Virus record (IMG/VR): IMGVR_UViG_3300020370_000002
Location: 18,806-82,805 of that record
DNA length: 64,000 nt
Reading direction: 5' to 3' (one strand)
DNA from: a virus
Of this stretch, positions 48,257-55,680 are shown in pieces (positions within the stretch are counted from its first letter, which is position 1; each line of letters begins with the position of its first letter). A program made the translations under genes and the position numbers. The notes beneath the pieces were generated by a model, which worked only from the letters and a program-made list of their open reading frames with translations, ran no database searches and was not told the DNA's origin.

Positions 48257-48493
48257 TCAAAGTTCCAAGTCCTGATACTTTTCGTACACTTGTTCTCGTT
48301 TTCGGTCTACTACTCCCATATCGAGGGCACCTTTTCGTCTTAGGATATCAATAATTGCAAGGACGTCCCCGATCTCTTCTTCTAATTGTTGATTTTCGAC
48401 CCCGTGGCGACCCCGCTTCAACACTTTACTACATGCTCTCACAACTTCGCCACATTCTTCCATTAGTTTCACGTACAGATTAAACCTATCCAA
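48257..48493 (-). CDS. MazG-like nucleotide pyrophosphohydrolase
   Basis: LMEECGEVVRACSK...LEEEIGDVLA. Confidence 0.8.
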   Translation of the reverse strand: MDRFNLYVKLMEECGEVVRACSKVLKRGRHGVENQQLEEEIGDVLAIIDILRRKGALDMGVVDRKREQVYEKYQDLEL

Positions 48494-48572
48494 AAACTCC
48501 TCCCGCAGATAGCATTAAGACCGCAAGGATTGCCAACCCCGCTGCGACCATTAATTGTTCATAATCTTTCAT
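48486..48572 (-). CDS. 28-aa membrane peptide
   Basis: MKDYEQLMVAAGLAILAVLMLSAGGVFG; overlaps both neighbours. Confidence 0.45.
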   Translation of the reverse strand: MKDYEQLMVAAGLAILAVLMLSAGGVFG

Positions 48573-48883
48573 ATAAGTTCCTTAATTGAGGTTTCTAGCT
48601 TCTTTAGTGTTGCTTTCGGTGCTTTCTCCAAACCCAGTAGACTCTCCACTTCAATTCCAAGATCATCAGCGATATTTGAAACGATCTCCACTTTTGTAAC
48701 AGGTAGTTCTCCAGTCTTGGTCTTGTAGATTTCACGTCTGTATACTCCTTCTCTTGATAGCTTGCCGATTATTGACTTAATACTCTTACTCAGCTCTTTA
48801 GCTAAAGCTTCTACTGTTTCCCTATTCGGGTTGTTTTGATAGGCTTCAACTATGTGTTTTGTCTGTTCCTCATTGTAGTTCAT
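48569..48883 (-). CDS. T5 A2-like DNA-binding protein, copy 1
   Basis: NY..E......Y...PNRETV..LA......SII.KL...GVY...K..IV..I...LG.....L.KA. Confidence 0.65.
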   Translation of the reverse strand: MNYNEEQTKHIVEAYQNNPNRETVEALAKELSKSIKSIIGKLSREGVYRREIYKTKTGELPVTKVEIVSNIADDLGIEVESLLGLEKAPKATLKKLETSIKELI

Positions 48884-49280
48884 CCATTTTACCTTTCAAA
48901 AATTTTGTTAATGTATCCATAAACTGCTGAACTTCAGCCATTGGATTCTCACTCTTCTTGGCTAATTCTTCAGCAGGAGGCGCTTTATCTAGGGCTATAG
49001 AGATATCTCCCGTATCTCCATCACAGGTGGTTATTACTTGAGTACAGTATTCTAACATTCCTGCGGGGATATTTTCTGCCCCAATCGCAGCCGCATATTG
49101 CATTACAAGATCGTCATATCTAACCTGTAACTCTCCACATTCTTTTTCTAGCTCACGAGAAGCCACAAAGAGTTTTGTTAAATTTTCAAATCTATCTGTA
49201 ATCTGCGCTTGCAAATTATTTATTTCTGCTGCAATAGTTTCAACTTTCCTTTCGATTGGAAACTGTACTACATTGCTCAT
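48870..49280 (-). CDS. Coiled-coil hypothetical protein
   Basis: SNVVQFP start; coupled ORF. Confidence 0.6.
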   Translation of the reverse strand: MSNVVQFPIERKVETIAAEINNLQAQITDRFENLTKLFVASRELEKECGELQVRYDDLVMQYAAAIGAENIPAGMLEYCTQVITTCDGDTGDISIALDKAPPAEELAKKSENPMAEVQQFMDTLTKFLKGKMDELQ

Positions 49281-49425
49281 CTACTTCTCCCTGTATTTCT
49301 TTTACCCACATAGGTATAAATTTCCTGTCAGGATCTCTACTTAAGATCGGACAGGGTATAAACTCTGACTCTTTTCTATTAAAAACGGAGTCACGCACAA
49401 ATGGGTGCTTCGGTTTTCTTAACAT
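49240..49425 (-). CDS. Hypothetical protein
   Basis: First ORF after the promoter at 49457-49485. Confidence 0.4.
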   Translation of the reverse strand: MLRKPKHPFVRDSVFNRKESEFIPCPILSRDPDRKFIPMWVKEIQGEVDEQCSTVSNRKES

Positions 49426-49456
49426 AAAATTCTCACTTAAAATTTTGAATGTGTAT

Positions 49457-49485
49457 ATTATCTCACGAAATAGCACTTATGTCAA
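49457..49485 (-). promoter_or_regulatory. Sigma70-type promoter
   Basis: TTGACA-17-GATAAT. Confidence 0.8.
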
Positions 49486-49506
49486 GAACTATTTTCGTTC
49501 AGGCAT

Positions 49507-49540
49507 AAAAAAACCGCCGTTAGAGTGCACCAACGGCGGC
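49507..49540 (-). terminator. Intrinsic terminator
   Basis: GCCGCCGTT-GGTGCACTCT-AACGGCGGT followed by TTTTTT. Confidence 0.9.
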
Positions 49541-49858
49541 TGGGAGTGGTTTAAGTTATGTAGCTACTAGAGCCGTCCCGAGGCGTAAGCTCGACCATAA
49601 TTCTCTGGGGGTGTGGTACGAATCCCACCTGACACATTCCGTTCCGTCTGTCAGGCAACGCACCACAACTAGGAATACATGCACTCAGAGCTGTGGCTTT
49701 ATGGTGGGGGCTGCGGCGAGGCACCAGTTTTACCGCGATCTTTACTGTCTTATCACACTATCTAGCTGGGCATGACCCAAGAAGTATTGCGTCCCTGACT
49801 TCCCCCATAAACTGGAGGTCGATTGATTTGCGAGAGGTCGACCAACTCTCGGGTGCGT
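49507..49858 (-). ncRNA. Candidate ~350-nt pseudoknotted ncRNA (unknown family)
   Basis: GC-richer non-coding stretch between an A2-like stop codon and a terminator; H-type pseudoknot, long-range helix and several hairpins. Confidence 0.65.
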
Positions 49859-50176
49859 TTAGGATACTGCGTCAAGCAGAGTCTGTAGATCACCAAAGCC
49901 AGCTTTGTTTAGGCTGACAAACTCGACACCAAGTTTGGCTTCGATGTCGGCTACCAAATCAGCTTTTCTCACCTGAGGTGGACGCTTGGTAGGCTTAGGC
50001 TGGGCAACGTATACACCCAGAGCGGAGAGCTTAGCGATAACGCTTCGCTCGGTTTTCCCAAACTGAGCTGCAAGTGCATTGACAGTCTCACGGTTGGGGG
50101 ATTCCTCGTAAGAAGCTATCATAGTGTCGATAACGTCCTGAGGGTAATTACTTGATTTAACAGCAGTCATAGTCAT
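49859..50176 (-). CDS. T5 A2-like DNA-binding protein, copy 2
   Basis: PNRETVNALA...RSVIAKLSALGVY...RKADLVADIE..LG....SLNKA. Confidence 0.7.
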   Translation of the reverse strand: MTMTAVKSSNYPQDVIDTMIASYEESPNRETVNALAAQFGKTERSVIAKLSALGVYVAQPKPTKRPPQVRKADLVADIEAKLGVEFVSLNKAGFGDLQTLLDAVS

Positions 50177-50231
50177 ACTATTTGTTCCTCCGAATAATTT
50201 TTTTAATGTTTCTCTCAATTTCATAATACAT

Positions 50232-50260
50232 ATTATATTAGAATTTACCATTTGAGTCAA
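50232..50260 (-). promoter_or_regulatory. Sigma70-type promoter
   Basis: TTGACT-17-TATAAT. Confidence 0.8.
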
Positions 50261-50672
50261 GAACTTTTTTCCATTTCCTCATCATTTTTTTCTCCGCTTT
50301 TCGTGCTTCGACTTCCCACGGAGCAGTCCAATAGTCAGCACGCTTGTACTCTTTTCCTTTGAACTTGTCAACTTTTGTACCCATCTCTAGCTCTCCTCTT
50401 GCGAATTGCTTCACATGAGTCATTTCGTGAAAGATGGTTCTTATCATGCGGTAATCGTTGAATCGGCTATTGATACGAATTTCATAGCCCCATTCGTGCA
50501 TCCAAGAATCCCCGTAATAGTTATCCTTGAACTTCGTTAGTATAAGTTTTACTGGGTAATCCGCACACTCGTCTTGCAACTTATAATGTTTTATTGCAAA
50601 GTCTAGTGCTTTTACCGCAAGTTGCTGCCTTTCCCAAGTCCACCAACCTTTTTTGATTTTTATCTTATACAT
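50238..50672 (-). CDS. Zincin-like metallopeptidase
   Basis: TIFHEMTHVKQF...PWEVEA. Confidence 0.8.
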   Translation of the reverse strand: MYKIKIKKGWWTWERQQLAVKALDFAIKHYKLQDECADYPVKLILTKFKDNYYGDSWMHEWGYEIRINSRFNDYRMIRTIFHEMTHVKQFARGELEMGTKVDKFKGKEYKRADYWTAPWEVEARKAEKKMMRKWKKVLDSNGKF

Positions 50673-50695
50673 AGATTTCCTTAATTTATGGATAT

Positions 50696-50724
50696 ATTAT
50701 ACCAGCAATTACATCCATTGTCAA
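50696..50724 (-). promoter_or_regulatory. Sigma70-type promoter
   Basis: TTGACA-17-TATAAT. Confidence 0.8.
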
Positions 50725-50885
50725 ATGATTTTGCCCCTATTCGTGAAAAAAACATCAGCGAATTCCGGGGGGCCGCGCGCGGGGTCGGAAAGTCAAGTGT
50801 TTTTTGTGTAATTTGTGCAAATTTTGTGTAATTTTTGTCCCCGTTGCGGAGACTTGTGTAATTATAAAAAATTTGGTGCATTCGT

Positions 50886-51097
50886 GCAAAAAAGACTTGA
50901 CATGCGCACCCGTTGCGCGTATACTGGCGCCGGGCGGGTACTTAAAATCGTCGTCGTACTACTACTGGCGCAGGAGACTTGCTTAATTTGCATTAATTTG
51001 CACCATACCCGCAAAAAAGACTTGACTTTTGTACTCATCGGCCGCATACTGGCGCAAGCAACACCTTATACAGTCGTCGTCGTACTACTACTGGCGC
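50886..51097 (+). repeat. Two ~125-bp direct-repeat units, each a promoter plus a 24-bp motif
   Basis: GCAAAAAAGACTTGAC at 50886 and 51011; TTGAC(A/T)-17-(T/C)ATACT; TCGTCGTCGTACTACTACTGGCGC at 50948 and 51074; TACTGGCGC four times. Confidence 0.85.
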
Positions 51098-51141
51098 CCC
51101 CGCGCCAAAAATCTCAATAAATCAAGATTTTTTTCGCGGAA

Positions 51142-51157
51142 TGTTTCACGTGAAACC
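51142..51157. promoter_or_regulatory. parS-like ParB binding site
   Basis: TGTTTCACGTGAAACC, 15/16 match to the consensus TGTTTCACGTGAAACA. Confidence 0.65.
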
Positions 51158-51271
51158 ATTGTGAAGCGCAAGGGCTATGCAATAGCCAACGCTGGAGAAT
51201 ATCGCGGCAAGTGCCAGAGTGAGCAATCCCCAATATATAGAAATTGCGAGAGCAGAGATAAGATTTTTCAT
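51146..51271 (-). CDS. 41-aa membrane peptide
   Basis: MKNLISALAISIYWGLLTLALAAIFSSVGYCIALALHNGFT; ATGA-coupled. Confidence 0.6.
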   Translation of the reverse strand: MKNLISALAISIYWGLLTLALAAIFSSVGYCIALALHNGFT

Positions 51272-51375
51272 AGTGTATTATTCCAAAGGTAATAAATTGC
51301 AGTTGCCCATATAGCAACGTCAGTAATAATCGAATAAATGAAATATCCGAGAGCCATAATTTTTGCTAGTTTCAT
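51268..51375 (-). CDS. 35-aa membrane peptide
   Basis: MKLAKIMALGYFIYSIITDVAIWATAIYYLWNNTL; ATGA-coupled; paralog of 53112..53222. Confidence 0.65.
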   Translation of the reverse strand: MKLAKIMALGYFIYSIITDVAIWATAIYYLWNNTL

Positions 51376-52034
51376 TGTCCCGCCTCCAAAACGGTTTTTC
51401 GTGTAGTATTTTTTAGTAGTGAGGCAAGAATCATTGCCTCGTAATCTCGCGCATCTTCGAGCGCGGTGTGGGGTTCGTCCGCTAGTGCGTTGTACGCATC
51501 ACGCGCGACATATTTTGCCATAGTGTCGGCAGTCATAGAAACGCGAGTTCGTTTTGCAGTCCAGAGGTTGCGCTCTTCGCACCATGCGACATATTCGGCA
51601 GTCGTGCCAATCATATTTTTTGCCGCTTTCATTAGGCAAAATTTCTGCGAAAATACGCCAAGGTCGATTCCAGTATTTCGGCATTTGCCAAAATCGAAAG
51701 CGATATTGTAGGCAGTCAAAACAGGCTTGTATTGTCCTAAGATTCGAGCGAGCCAAATATTGACCAGTGTAGGCGAGCAAATAGAGCGTTGCCCATTGTC
51801 TAGCAAATCCTCGTAATGCTTGAGCCTACGCGCTCGCGTTTGCTTAGAAAAGAAAGCGTCAGCGGGTGCGCCTTTGACAGCGAATAAAGGCAGTTTGCCG
51901 AAATGCCCATTTAGCAGAACCGCGAATTGCTCAATAATTGCGCCTTTGCGATCCATGATAACCGCGCCAAAATCTGCGACCGTTTGTTGTTGGGTTGTCT
52001 CGGTATCGACAATCAAGTAATAGTGTTTATTCAT
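51372..52034 (-). CDS. DEDDh 3'-5' exonuclease
   Basis: IVDTETT, AYNIAFD, HTALEDA. Confidence 0.85.
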   Translation of the reverse strand: MNKHYYLIVDTETTQQQTVADFGAVIMDRKGAIIEQFAVLLNGHFGKLPLFAVKGAPADAFFSKQTRARRLKHYEDLLDNGQRSICSPTLVNIWLARILGQYKPVLTAYNIAFDFGKCRNTGIDLGVFSQKFCLMKAAKNMIGTTAEYVAWCEERNLWTAKRTRVSMTADTMAKYVARDAYNALADEPHTALEDARDYEAMILASLLKNTTRKTVLEAGQ

Positions 52035-52035
52035 T

Positions 52036-52506
52036 TTATGCGTTCCTCGCGTTGTATGAAATAGGATTATAAACCCGAATACCCATAGATTGCAAGGCAT
52101 TTCGGACGTTTTCGGAATCATCAAACATAAAAGCATTATAGCGCATCCATGCCAGAGAAACCCCAAGATCACGCGCACATTGGCGAATCATGGATTGTTT
52201 GAGAATACCATCGGCAATAGTCGAGCCAATAGGCCGCGAGTATATAAACCGATAGCGTAGATTAGACCGCACCAGAAACGCAAGGTCTGCGTCACCAATA
52301 ACGCGAGCCGTCATAATGACAACATCATGCCGCGATTGGTCAATGGTTCGCCATGAATCCGCGAGAGGCAGAAGCGAATCTCTCGCGATTTTTTCGGGCG
52401 TGTTGTTGTCGATCCATGCCGACAGGTTGAGCGTACCATCTGCCAGAGTATTCTGCCTATGGCTTGAGTCGATGGTAGTCCCATCTAGATCAAAAATAAA
52501 GAGCAT
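52036..52506 (-). CDS. HAD-family phosphatase (PNKP-like; possible functional analogue of T5 dmp)
   Basis: FDLDGT, MTAR, K, MFDD. Confidence 0.85.
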   Translation of the reverse strand: MLFIFDLDGTTIDSSHRQNTLADGTLNLSAWIDNNTPEKIARDSLLPLADSWRTIDQSRHDVVIMTARVIGDADLAFLVRSNLRYRFIYSRPIGSTIADGILKQSMIRQCARDLGVSLAWMRYNAFMFDDSENVRNALQSMGIRVYNPISYNARNA

Positions 52507-52711
52507 AAAAATATCCTATAATGCCGAGTGAATTTAATATGATTAAGTTGTAGAGCTTACCAGAGGTTGCTTGTATAGTCAACAGCGCAAGCCCAACAAT
52601 CGCAAGAAATTTTCCTGCATTATAATCAATGATAAAGGGAGCCAAGCCCATGCAGATCGTACCGATCCACGCGAGCCATTCAACCAAAGCCTGACGGCTT
52701 TGAGCATCCAT
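52490..52711 (-). CDS. Small multi-pass membrane protein
   Basis: Three hydrophobic segments; coupled ORF. Confidence 0.65.
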   Translation of the reverse strand: MDAQSRQALVEWLAWIGTICMGLAPFIIDYNAGKFLAIVGLALLTIQATSGKLYNLIILNSLGIIGYFYALYF

Positions 52712-53001
52712 TATTGGATGCTCATTAGAAGGGCTGAGAGAGAGCGCATTGATGCGCCTTCTAGACCTTCAAGGCTTTCACCTTGCAAAGCCTTTTCGAT
52801 GGCTTGCACCATCTCGGCTTTGGTTGAGCGTGAGGCTTTCGCCTTTGGCTCTGCTTTTTTGTAAAGCCCAAGCATAACGGCTTTTGAAATGACAGAACGG
52901 ACGGGAAGCCCGAATTCTGCCGCGAGATCATCAGCGACAGAGCGCGTGATGGGTGAGCGATCGTCCATAATGGCGATCATTTTAGTAGTGTAGTTTGACA
53001 T
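52711..53001 (-). CDS. T5 A2-like DNA-binding protein, copy 3
   Basis: AAGGAGG RBS; SNY...LAAEFG...RSVISK...GLY.K...TKAEMVQAIE..L....LEGLEGA. Confidence 0.7.
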   Translation of the reverse strand: MSNYTTKMIAIMDDRSPITRSVADDLAAEFGLPVRSVISKAVMLGLYKKAEPKAKASRSTKAEMVQAIEKALQGESLEGLEGASMRSLSALLMSIQ

Positions 53002-53043
53002 ATGAGCCTCCTTAGGCGTGTCGGTTAATTTTAATATGCAAGC

Positions 53044-53072
53044 ATTATCGCACATTTTTGCGAAAAAGTCAA
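53044..53072 (-). promoter_or_regulatory. Pre-early-like promoter
   Basis: TTGACT-17-GATAAT. Confidence 0.75.
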
Positions 53073-53111
53073 GCATTATTTTATATTTCTTTTGCATATA
53101 TTTCTTGCCCC

Positions 53112-53222
53112 TTAGAAGAAAATGATATAAACGATTCCGCCTATGACGATCATGTCAGCGGTGATAGAATAAATCATGTAAGCCCTGAAGGCGAATTTTG
53201 CTAGTTGTTTTTTGATTTTCAT
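53112..53222 (-). CDS. 36-aa membrane peptide
   Basis: MKIKKQLAKFAFRAYMIYSITADMIVIGGIVYIIFF; leaderless from the promoter at 53230-53258. Confidence 0.65.
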   Translation of the reverse strand: MKIKKQLAKFAFRAYMIYSITADMIVIGGIVYIIFF

Positions 53223-53229
53223 AAGGTGA

Positions 53230-53258
53230 ATTTTACAGGAGTCTTTCGCAAATGTCAA
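53230..53258 (-). promoter_or_regulatory. Pre-early-like promoter, leaderless start
   Basis: TTGACA-17-TAAAAT-7 nt-ATG. Confidence 0.75.
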
Positions 53259-53295
53259 TGGTAATAATGCACATTCCATTATATTTCCATTATTT

Positions 53296-53314
53296 AATGA
53301 GAATGATTCTCATT
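53296..53314. promoter_or_regulatory. Fur-box-like 9-1-9 palindrome
   Basis: AATGAGAAT-G-ATTCTCATT, perfect inverted repeat. Confidence 0.65.
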
Positions 53315-53316
53315 TG

Positions 53317-53368
53317 GCGGGGGCGGTTAAGAGACGCACCATCTTGGTGCGCGGCGTCGCTCCCCCGC
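53317..53368. repeat. GC-rich nested inverted repeat (possible genome-end/packaging signal)
   Basis: GCGGGGG...CGCACC-ATCTT-GGTGCG...CCCCCGC. Confidence 0.55.
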
Positions 53369-53413
53369 ACGTACAACTTTGGGTTTTTTCGGCAACTGAC
53401 TTAAAAAAATTTC

Positions 53414-53442
53414 TTGACATTGTATGTCATTTTTAGTATAAT
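53414..53442 (+). promoter_or_regulatory. Sigma70-type promoter, leaderless start
   Basis: TTGACA-17-TATAAT-6 nt-ATG. Confidence 0.85.
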
Positions 53443-53448
53443 TTTTTC

Positions 53449-54963
53449 ATGAGTACTTATAGATACGATTTTACCATAGCTAATGCTCCTCCTGGTCAGT
53501 CTGGGCAATATCCTCTAGCAACACAGAGCACTGTTTTCATGCCAGAGACTAGTATATTTTTTCAGCATGGTGATACGATTCAGGCAAAGCATACACACCC
53601 AACAGGTTTAAACATAAACTATACTGGCCCTGATGTACATGGGGCAAATCCAGATCCTACAGTTAAGACTTCCTTAGCTTCAGGAGAGACAAGAACTTTA
53701 ACATGGAGTGGGACCTTTCAAGATGAGGCTACTCCGCCTAATACTGTAGATTTTAACGATGACTATTTTACACAATGGTTTTTCTTTGCAAATGATGGCA
53801 CAGATAATATATACTCTCAAAAAATAGTTTATAGAAGGGTAAAAATTACATCCTTTACGACTTCTGCAACAACAGTTGAGCCTGGGGAGTCAATAACTTT
53901 TGGTGTCGGAGGCCTCACAGGATTCCCTGATGCTAGTGGTGCTAATGGAAATCGTTTATATATTAGTATATTTCCAGCAGGAGCCGCTTCTTTAGTAGGA
54001 ACTAATTATATAAGCTGGAATAATTCTAATAATCAACTTGGAAGGGTTACCACGTCAGATACTTTTCCGGTATTACAAACCTCAGGCACAGCAGGTAATC
54101 TACCTGATGGAACTTATAATGCTTATATAACTCATTATGGAGGAGAAACAGCCCTAAACGGTAGTTTAACTGTAGGTAACAGATTTTTTGGATCAGAAAG
54201 AAGACTTAGAAACAACAGTGGGGTTATTTTTACAAAGTCATTTACAGTAGCTACCCCCACTAATACAACTCCCACTAATTTTAGCTTAGGAGCAGATATA
54301 GAGAACTCTGCACTAAATGCAACATGGAATCTAGGACAAGTTACAGTAGCAGGTATGGATGCAGGAGTTAGTACTAGTATTTCTGTTTCTGGACAAGGAG
54401 CGCCCCGATTTTCTATAAATGGAGGATCGTACAATAATGCAACAGTAACAAATTTAACAGTCTCTAATGGAGATACAGTTGATATGCAGATGGATGCTTC
54501 TGGAGAGTTTAATACCCCGCATACAGCAACTTTAAATATTGGAGGTGTAGAAGACTCTATGGTTGTTACAACTATAATAGATCCTGGAACAGGAGGAGGA
54601 GGTTCAGGAAGCGGTACTGGAACCGGAGACTTTGGTTTAATAGTTAAAAATGCTGCCACTCCTCCTGCTATTATATTTGGACCAGGTATAAGATCAAGTC
54701 ATCTACTAGGTAGCAATACATTCGTAATAGCAGCTAACTCATCAATTGATGTAGGCCCCTTCGAAGGTTTTACAGGCACAAATATATCGACTTGCGGATT
54801 TTTTCTTGTGGCTGTTAACGCCAACAATGTTTTTATAGGCTATCAAATAGTAGTAACTAGGGGGCTGGGCAACACAATTAACGGTATAGATGTAGGAAAG
54901 GTGCGTATTAGTAACTCTTCAAGCCACCAAGTTGAAGGTCGCTACTACGCGGTGAGATATTAA
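53449..54963 (+). CDS. Putative tail-tip receptor-binding protein (T5 pb5 position)
   Basis: Beta-rich Ig-like segments, Gly linker, C-terminal FGL.V.N domain; lies next to terS. Confidence 0.55.
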   Translation: MSTYRYDFTIANAPPGQSGQYPLATQSTVFMPETSIFFQHGDTIQAKHTHPTGLNINYTGPDVHGANPDPTVKTSLASGETRTLTWSGTFQDEATPPNTVDFNDDYFTQWFFFANDGTDNIYSQKIVYRRVKITSFTTSATTVEPGESITFGVGGLTGFPDASGANGNRLYISIFPAGAASLVGTNYISWNNSNNQLGRVTTSDTFPVLQTSGTAGNLPDGTYNAYITHYGGETALNGSLTVGNRFFGSERRLRNNSGVIFTKSFTVATPTNTTPTNFSLGADIENSALNATWNLGQVTVAGMDAGVSTSISVSGQGAPRFSINGGSYNNATVTNLTVSNGDTVDMQMDASGEFNTPHTATLNIGGVEDSMVVTTIIDPGTGGGGSGSGTGTGDFGLIVKNAATPPAIIFGPGIRSSHLLGSNTFVIAANSSIDVGPFEGFTGTNISTCGFFLVAVNANNVFIGYQIVVTRGLGNTINGIDVGKVRISNSSSHQVEGRYYAVRY

Positions 54964-55680
54964 ATGAGTACATATGGACTACAAGTATTTGGAGAGGGGG
55001 TGGCAGCTTTTCAAATTGATTCAAATACCACAGATACACAGCATTTGCCCATAACCCATTCAGCCACAGGAACCTCTGTAGGAGCGGGACTTACTAATGC
55101 TCAAAAAGCAGCGATTTACCAGCCTGGAGACATTATAATGGCAAGGCCTGTTTCGGGTTCAGGAAGTCTGTGTATAAGTGATGATGCTTACCCGAATTTT
55201 TCTCAAAATGCCGACTATAAAATACTTTCTCCAGCAGCGGGTGCTCCCACCAATGTAAACAGTTCGACTCATGGTCTTACTGTTTTTAACAACCCTAGTA
55301 CAGCTGCTGACGGAAGTGTTATTCCTTCTAAAAAAATATTTGATTCAAGAAGTTTTACTAACTCTATCCCTTTTAATCAGATTTATGGAAAACTTAGTTT
55401 TGATGGAGGACCACAAAGTGCTGGAGCTCTAATTGCAACAAACAACATTGTTTTAGCCTCAACCACACAAGCAAAGTATGATAAGACATATACCGTTATG
55501 AACGGCGGTTACTTTGTAGAAGGCTTTCCCACTGTAATTCACGGATTCTATTTTGATGATGCAAATAACAGAATACTTTATCACAGTGTTATAACTTTTG
55601 CTTTGCCTTGGTACCCTTACCCAGTAATAAACAACCCCATAAAAAACTATGGCGACGTAATGATAGGAGAATTAGTATGA
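54964..55680 (+). CDS. Tail-tip associated protein
   Basis: YGLQVF...FQIDS and HGLTVFN...IFDS duplicated motif typical of proteins encoded after J. Confidence 0.6.
   Translation: MSTYGLQVFGEGVAAFQIDSNTTDTQHLPITHSATGTSVGAGLTNAQKAAIYQPGDIIMARPVSGSGSLCISDDAYPNFSQNADYKILSPAAGAPTNVNSSTHGLTVFNNPSTAADGSVIPSKKIFDSRSFTNSIPFNQIYGKLSFDGGPQSAGALIATNNIVLASTTQAKYDKTYTVMNGGYFVEGFPTVIHGFYFDDANNRILYHSVITFALPWYPYPVINNPIKNYGDVMIGELV

Noticed and set aside
49507-49858. tmRNA, RNase P, cobalamin riboswitch or HDV-like ribozyme identity for this RNA
   Set aside because: It has a PK1-like pseudoknot and GGGGAAGTCAGGG, but no Ala acceptor stem or tag frame, no P4 partner/CR-V, no B12 box and no P3/L3 core. Left as unknown ncRNA.
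50886-51097. CRISPR mini-array
   Set aside because: Only two copies, embedded in promoter-containing units about 125 bp apart; no cas genes in the window.
50681-51317. ORF-track proteins across the repeat region
   Set aside because: Low-complexity translations of the repeats, mutually overlapping, with no RBS.
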